This document shows positions 61,653-64,000 of a stretch of 64,000 nucleotides of DNA, piece after piece. The translations under genes were made by a program, and so were the position numbers. This DNA is from an uncultured Chloroflexia bacterium. GTDB lineage: Bacteria; Chloroflexota; Anaerolineae; CG2-30-64-16. The notes under the pieces were generated by a model. The model had not been told where the DNA came from, did no database searches, and worked only from the letters and a program-made list of their open reading frames with translations. Every line of letters begins with the position of its first letter. The stretch's first letter is position 1. Location of the stretch: NCBI GenBank assembly GCA_963774265.1, contig CAVZDU010000002.1, positions 736,001-800,000 of the forward strand. Reading direction: 5' to 3'.

Positions 61653-62390
61653 TCAGTCGAAACCGAAGATTCGCTGAGCGTTACCATGCAGAATCAACGC
61701 CCGCTCTTCCTCGGCGATCGCCGCGTCCTCGATCATCCCAAGCGTGTATCCGGCATTGAAGAGCGGGTAATCCGAGCCAAACAGGACTCGGTCAGCGCCG
61801 AGTTCGCGCACCGCACAAGCCACCTTGTCTGCATCTGCCCACGTCGCGCACGGGTCGACGTACAGATTCGGTGATTCTCGTGCCGCTTCGAGTCCCTCCC
61901 ACCATCGGTCGCCCCCCATGTGCGCCATGATGATCGGCAGATCCGGATGCTCCCTGGCAACCGACACCACGGCCCACGGGCTCTCCACGGCGCTGCTGTA
62001 CGTGTGCACCAGCAGGGGATACTGTCGCTCCGCAAGCGCAGCCACTACCTCACGCCCCGCCGGCGAGCTCAATGGCTGCCGGGAGTACATTGGATGGATT
62101 TTGGCGCCCACAAAGCCCGGCTGCCCTCGGTAGTGATCCACTTCGGCAATGCCTTCGGCTGCGTAGTTCAGGTTGATCGTTACGTAGCCGAACAGCCCCG
62201 GGTGCGCGGCGACGGCAGCGGCCAGCACCCGGTTTCCCTCTCGGAAGTCGTACACGATCGCCAGCCCCGACGAGCAGATGCCCTTGCTGATGCCAGCGGA
62301 CCGCAGCCCGGCCGCGAGTTCAGCGGCTGAGAGGTTGTCCTGGGGGAAAGGCCAGTTTCCAAGATGACAGTGACTATCAATGATTTCCAT
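61653..62390 (-). CDS. Amidohydrolase-family protein
   Basis: IIDSHCH; KIHP; LVHT; AHMGG; FGSDYP. Confidence 0.9.
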   Translation of the reverse strand: MEIIDSHCHLGNWPFPQDNLSAAELAAGLRSAGISKGICSSGLAIVYDFREGNRVLAAAVAAHPGLFGYVTINLNYAAEGIAEVDHYRGQPGFVGAKIHPMYSRQPLSSPAGREVVAALAERQYPLLVHTYSSAVESPWAVVSVAREHPDLPIIMAHMGGDRWWEGLEAARESPNLYVDPCATWADADKVACAVRELGADRVLFGSDYPLFNAGYTLGMIEDAAIAEEERALILHGNAQRIFGFD

Positions 62391-63105
62391 GTTTGCCTCC
62401 CAACAACCGCTGCAGATTGCCGCCCAGGACGCCGGTGCGTGCCTCATCAGACAGTCCGACGCCCTGCACGACGCGAAGTGCCGACGCGAGGTAGGCGACC
62501 GGCGCGTGCGAGCCGAAGATCAGCCGTTCTGCGCCGAACTCGCGAGCAGCGAGATCCAGAGAGCCAGGCGCGATCAGGAAGCGCGTGCTAAAGTACACGT
62601 GGCCCAGGGCGTCCACGCTTGCCAGGGCTTCGCTCAACTGGTAGAAGTGACAGCCGAGCAGTATGACTGGCGTCTGGAGTTCGCGGACCACCGGGATAGT
62701 TGCGTCTGCTGGTCCGCCAAGCATTACCACGGCGCCCTCCTCCTCCAGGAAACCGAGCAGCCGCCGTACAGAGGTCAGTCCTAGTGACCAGCCCTGGTAT
62801 TCAGGGAAGAGGCGAAACAGGCGGTGTCCTTCCGCCACCCGCCGCCGGATCTCATCTCGACAGCCAAGCCAACGTCGAGGATCGAGGGTCATCACCGGAA
62901 TAAAGCTAGGATCCGCCTGCGCAAATTGCACCGTCTCTTCGTTACCCTCCAAGTAATCATACCAAATGCCGCGCGCAGAGCATATGCACGCGCGGGAAAC
63001 CCCATGGCGCATCATGCAGCGCTGGAGCTGAGCGGGTGAAATGTCGACCTTGCGGATGGGCCAGAAGCCGACGATGGTGTCAGCATCCACGATTGGCGGA
63101 GTCAT
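62377..63105 (-). CDS. Amidohydrolase-fold protein lacking metal-binding His residues
   Basis: IVDADT in place of HxH; RLFP; FGSHAP. Confidence 0.85.
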   Translation of the reverse strand: MTPPIVDADTIVGFWPIRKVDISPAQLQRCMMRHGVSRACICSARGIWYDYLEGNEETVQFAQADPSFIPVMTLDPRRWLGCRDEIRRRVAEGHRLFRLFPEYQGWSLGLTSVRRLLGFLEEEGAVVMLGGPADATIPVVRELQTPVILLGCHFYQLSEALASVDALGHVYFSTRFLIAPGSLDLAAREFGAERLIFGSHAPVAYLASALRVVQGVGLSDEARTGVLGGNLQRLLGGKHGNH

Positions 63106-63141
63106 CTCATCTCTCCTGCGAGTGAGTTACCGGAGGCCTTT

Positions 63142-63335
63142 GTTCGGAACGTGAACCTATATTATACCGCCCGGCAGCTAATGTCAATGATCTGCGCGTT
63201 CTGCTTCTTGTTGAAGATGGCAGGACCAGATTTGGACCGCTAAGTGCCTTTTTGGAAGCTTAATCACGGCGAATAGCGAAAAATACCCCGTTGACAGGAG
63301 TCTGCATATGTGCTAGAATTGTTCTGAATCCGAAC
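63142..63335. promoter_or_regulatory. Divergent promoters, each followed by a GTTC-N7-GAAC operator
   Basis: Plus: TTGACA 63291, 17 bp, TAGAAT 63314. Minus: TTGACA 63187-63182 with TATAAT/TAATAT. Operators at 63142-63156 and 63321-63335. Confidence 0.7.
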
Positions 63336-63371
63336 AAAATGACCGACCCAACAATTCCCCGGGGAGGTGAG

Positions 63372-63986
63372 ATGGAAATCATCAGATGGGATCAGCGAGA
63401 TCTCGCAACCCAAAAGTCAGAGTACGATAAGCAGCGGTTGGCTTGGCGTTTCAGGGAGGCAAAGGGACAATGGGCCCGGAATTATGCACGCTTGGCGCGA
63501 GCGATGGTAGATGCCTTCGGCGAAGAAGAGGTGCTCGATCTGCTTGAACAAACGTGGTGGGACCTCGAATTTGAGGGGGGCTCTACCTGGCGAGAGGAAT
63601 CGCTTAAGGCACCTGTTGAGACACTCGAACTCGCCTATCATGCGCAGCACGACGGTTCACAGAGTCTCACCACCGGTCCCCAAGATGTTCGCTTCATCGA
63701 GGAGCGCTGGGAACTGATCCACTACTTCTGCTACCTCAAAGAAGTCTTCATGAGCCTGAACGAGCGAAAAATCGGCATCAGCTGGTGCATGGGCGATGCG
63801 GCCGCTGTCCGGGGACTGCACCCGAATCTGGTTCTAGACTTCGTAAACTCGCAGCTGCGTGGTGACCCTTTCTGCTATCATGTTCGACGTTACGTGGAGA
63901 ACCCTGATCCGAGCTGGGACCATTGGTCCAGGGATCTGTCCGAGAAAATCGGCTGGCGCAGCATCAAAAAGCTGGAGGAAACATGA
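63372..63986 (+). CDS. Hypothetical protein, possibly ATC-hydrolase/V4R-like
   Basis: GGAGG RBS; Cys pattern FCYL...WCMGD...GDPFC. A further ORF starts at 63983. Confidence 0.6.
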   Translation: MEIIRWDQRDLATQKSEYDKQRLAWRFREAKGQWARNYARLARAMVDAFGEEEVLDLLEQTWWDLEFEGGSTWREESLKAPVETLELAYHAQHDGSQSLTTGPQDVRFIEERWELIHYFCYLKEVFMSLNERKIGISWCMGDAAAVRGLHPNLVLDFVNSQLRGDPFCYHVRRYVENPDPSWDHWSRDLSEKIGWRSIKKLEET

Positions 63987-64000
63987 AAGAGTGGCACCAG

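Overview
GC-rich bacterial DNA, probably Chloroflexota (inferred from the Gram-positive-type LexA box, BTAD/ATPase regulators and a DnaA_N-tailed Rep protein). Many single-base frameshifts in otherwise intact genes suggest long-read indel errors. Layout: (1) 1-1.7 kb, a secreted/membrane protein running off the window. (2) 1.8-4.5 kb, a prophage/ICE-like replication relic (HTH+DnaA_N Rep, DUF3102 fragment, Phd-like gene, XRE repressor) behind a consensus promoter with a LexA box. (3) 4.5-21 kb, accessory genes: hydrolase, MNT-HEPN TA pair, TetR-oxidoreductase unit, two BTAD-ATPase-TPR regulators, PatB, cupin. (4) 21-29 kb, a decayed integron-cassette array (attC sites, no intI), hit by IS630, with tyrosine-recombinase relics. 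(5) 29.3-35.5 kb, a three-gene conflict/signalling module: TIR+coiled-coil, TIR-nSTAND1-TM-WD40, and coiled-coil+EAD-like. It looks like a homotypic adaptor relay, is bracketed by a repeated motif and is followed by IS66. This is the best candidate for a novel system. (6) 38-64 kb, a large catabolic cluster for an unknown N-acyl/amino-sugar-like substrate, with a second IS630 copy. No rRNA, tRNA or CRISPR array was seen.
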